A DNA stretch of 64,000 bases from Trypanosoma brucei (lineage: Eukaryota). Position 1 is the first letter of the stretch, and the number at the start of each line of letters is the position of its first letter. The position numbers and the translations under genes were made by a program. The DNA is taken from positions 3,840,001 through 3,904,000 of the forward strand of contig CH464491.1 of NCBI GenBank assembly GCA_000002445.1, given 5' to 3'. Below the pieces are notes generated by a model. The model saw only the letters and a list, made by a program, of their open reading frames with translations. It searched no databases and was not told the origin of the DNA. Shown in pieces: positions 63,929-64,000 of this stretch.

Positions 63929-64000
63929 CAAATCACGATGTCTTAACCTTGTGAGAGTGAGTTCCAACCAGTACTTTGTAGAATTCGGAGCACGGTACGT

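Noticed and set aside
1-64000. Prokaryotic-style features (CRISPR arrays, defence islands, operonic systems, IS elements)
   Set aside because: The sequence is eukaryotic (kinetoplastid). I see no direct-repeat/spacer arrays, transposase or integrase ORFs, or terminal inverted repeats. The YqaJ-type nuclease is a single gene with no adjacent RecT/annealase partner.

Overview
This 64-kb window looks like trypanosomatid nuclear DNA, most consistent with an African trypanosome (Trypanosoma brucei-like). The evidence is intron-less tightly packed genes, purine/pyrimidine-skewed intergenic spacers, and abundant (TA)n and (CA)n microsatellites. Every convincing gene is on the minus strand, so the window sits inside one polycistronic transcription unit with no strand-switch region. 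I can support about 25 protein-coding genes and found no rRNA, tRNA, CRISPR or mobile element.

Genes I recognise with reasonable confidence:
- A 3'-truncated ATR-like PIKK kinase occupying 1..7171.
- IFT54 (TRAF3IP1/MIP-T3).
- An FtsH/YME1-like AAA metalloprotease.
- A YqaJ/lambda-exonuclease-like PD-(D/E)XK nuclease.
- A PSP1 C-terminal domain protein.
- A Clu-domain protein.
- Type-I phosphomannose isomerase.
- A PIF1-family helicase.
- A NYN/PIN-like nuclease-domain protein.
- PP2A regulatory subunit B55 (PR55).
- A protein with TPX2-like repeats.
- A short bacterial-type NH3-dependent NAD+ synthetase.
- DNA polymerase alpha/epsilon subunit B.
- Coatomer epsilon.
- A membrane-anchored PP2C.
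- An acidic tandem-repeat protein.
- A small disordered protein ending in a canonical PIP box.

Many ORF-track 5' ends start at GTG or TTG, because the track accepts alternative starts, or run through upstream microsatellites. I moved those starts to the first in-frame ATG. Coordinates in the last ~100 nt may be off by 1-2 because of a formatting irregularity in the printed line labelled 63901.

I see no self-contained multi-gene 'system' in the prokaryotic sense; the neighbouring genes are functionally unrelated, as expected for a trypanosomatid polycistron. The most unusual items are:
- The viral-type YqaJ exonuclease, which has an intact active site.
- The PIP-box mini-protein.
- The bacterial-type NadE.
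- A 3.2-kb gene-free low-complexity interval at 20.0-23.2 kb.
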